DNA from: Botryllus schlosseri
Taxonomy: Eukaryota
NCBI GenBank assembly: GCA_051294905.1
Contig: CM119379.1
Span: 11,036,001 to 11,100,000 of the forward strand
Direction: 5' to 3'
DNA: 64,000 nt
Made by a program: the position numbers and the translations under genes. This document shows, one piece after another, positions 63,788-64,000 of this stretch; the first letter of the stretch is position 1; the number at the start of each line of letters is the position of its first letter. The notes beneath the pieces were generated by a model, which was given only the letters and a program-made list of their open reading frames with translations, did no database searches and was not told the origin of the DNA.

Positions 63788-64000
63788 GACCAGGGGTTCT
63801 CAACTTCCCTCGTATAACGGGCCGCATTTTCACACTAAAAGACGCTGCGGGCCGCAGAAAATCATCACCATGTATTTGTGGGCTACTATTAAATTTAGGC
63901 CTATTTATCTATCAGTCTTATTCGGCATTTAGTAGCCTACATCTTTATGCATTCAAAAGCATTAATGGAGAGCGTTCGTAAGTTTGCAGTTGCTGTTTTT

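Noticed and set aside
1-64000. Prokaryotic or phage defence system, operon
   Set aside because: Spliceosomal introns, SINEs and MITEs throughout; no long intronless ORFs or operon structure. The only bacterial-looking ORF is the isolated Csp gene.

Overview
Intron-rich, AT-rich animal genomic DNA, not prokaryotic. An invertebrate, possibly an ascidian, is a low-confidence guess from the 52-71 nt minimal introns and the hAT/SINE landscape. Bases 26-22110 hold the 3' part (26 exons) of SKIC3/TTC37 (SKI3, TPR superkiller subunit) on the + strand. Two further + strand genes were reconstructed by hand: a 4-exon secreted stand-alone Reeler (F-spondin-type) protein (38848-43515) and a ~72-aa bacterial-type cold-shock (Csp) protein (44587-44949) whose conserved C-terminal AxNV motif is restored only by removing a 144-nt intron. 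That Csp gene is the most interesting object here, a candidate domesticated horizontal transfer. Two compact multi-exon orphan gene candidates (2522-3563 antisense inside a SKIC3 intron; 37643-38401) are suggested by splice-phase logic only. The rest is a graveyard of non-autonomous hAT elements with verifiable target-site duplications (TSDs), nested up to 3-4 deep, plus tRNA-derived SINEs, a foldback element and a ~147-bp tandem array carried inside a hAT element. All alignments were done by eye from remembered family motifs; no database searches were run.
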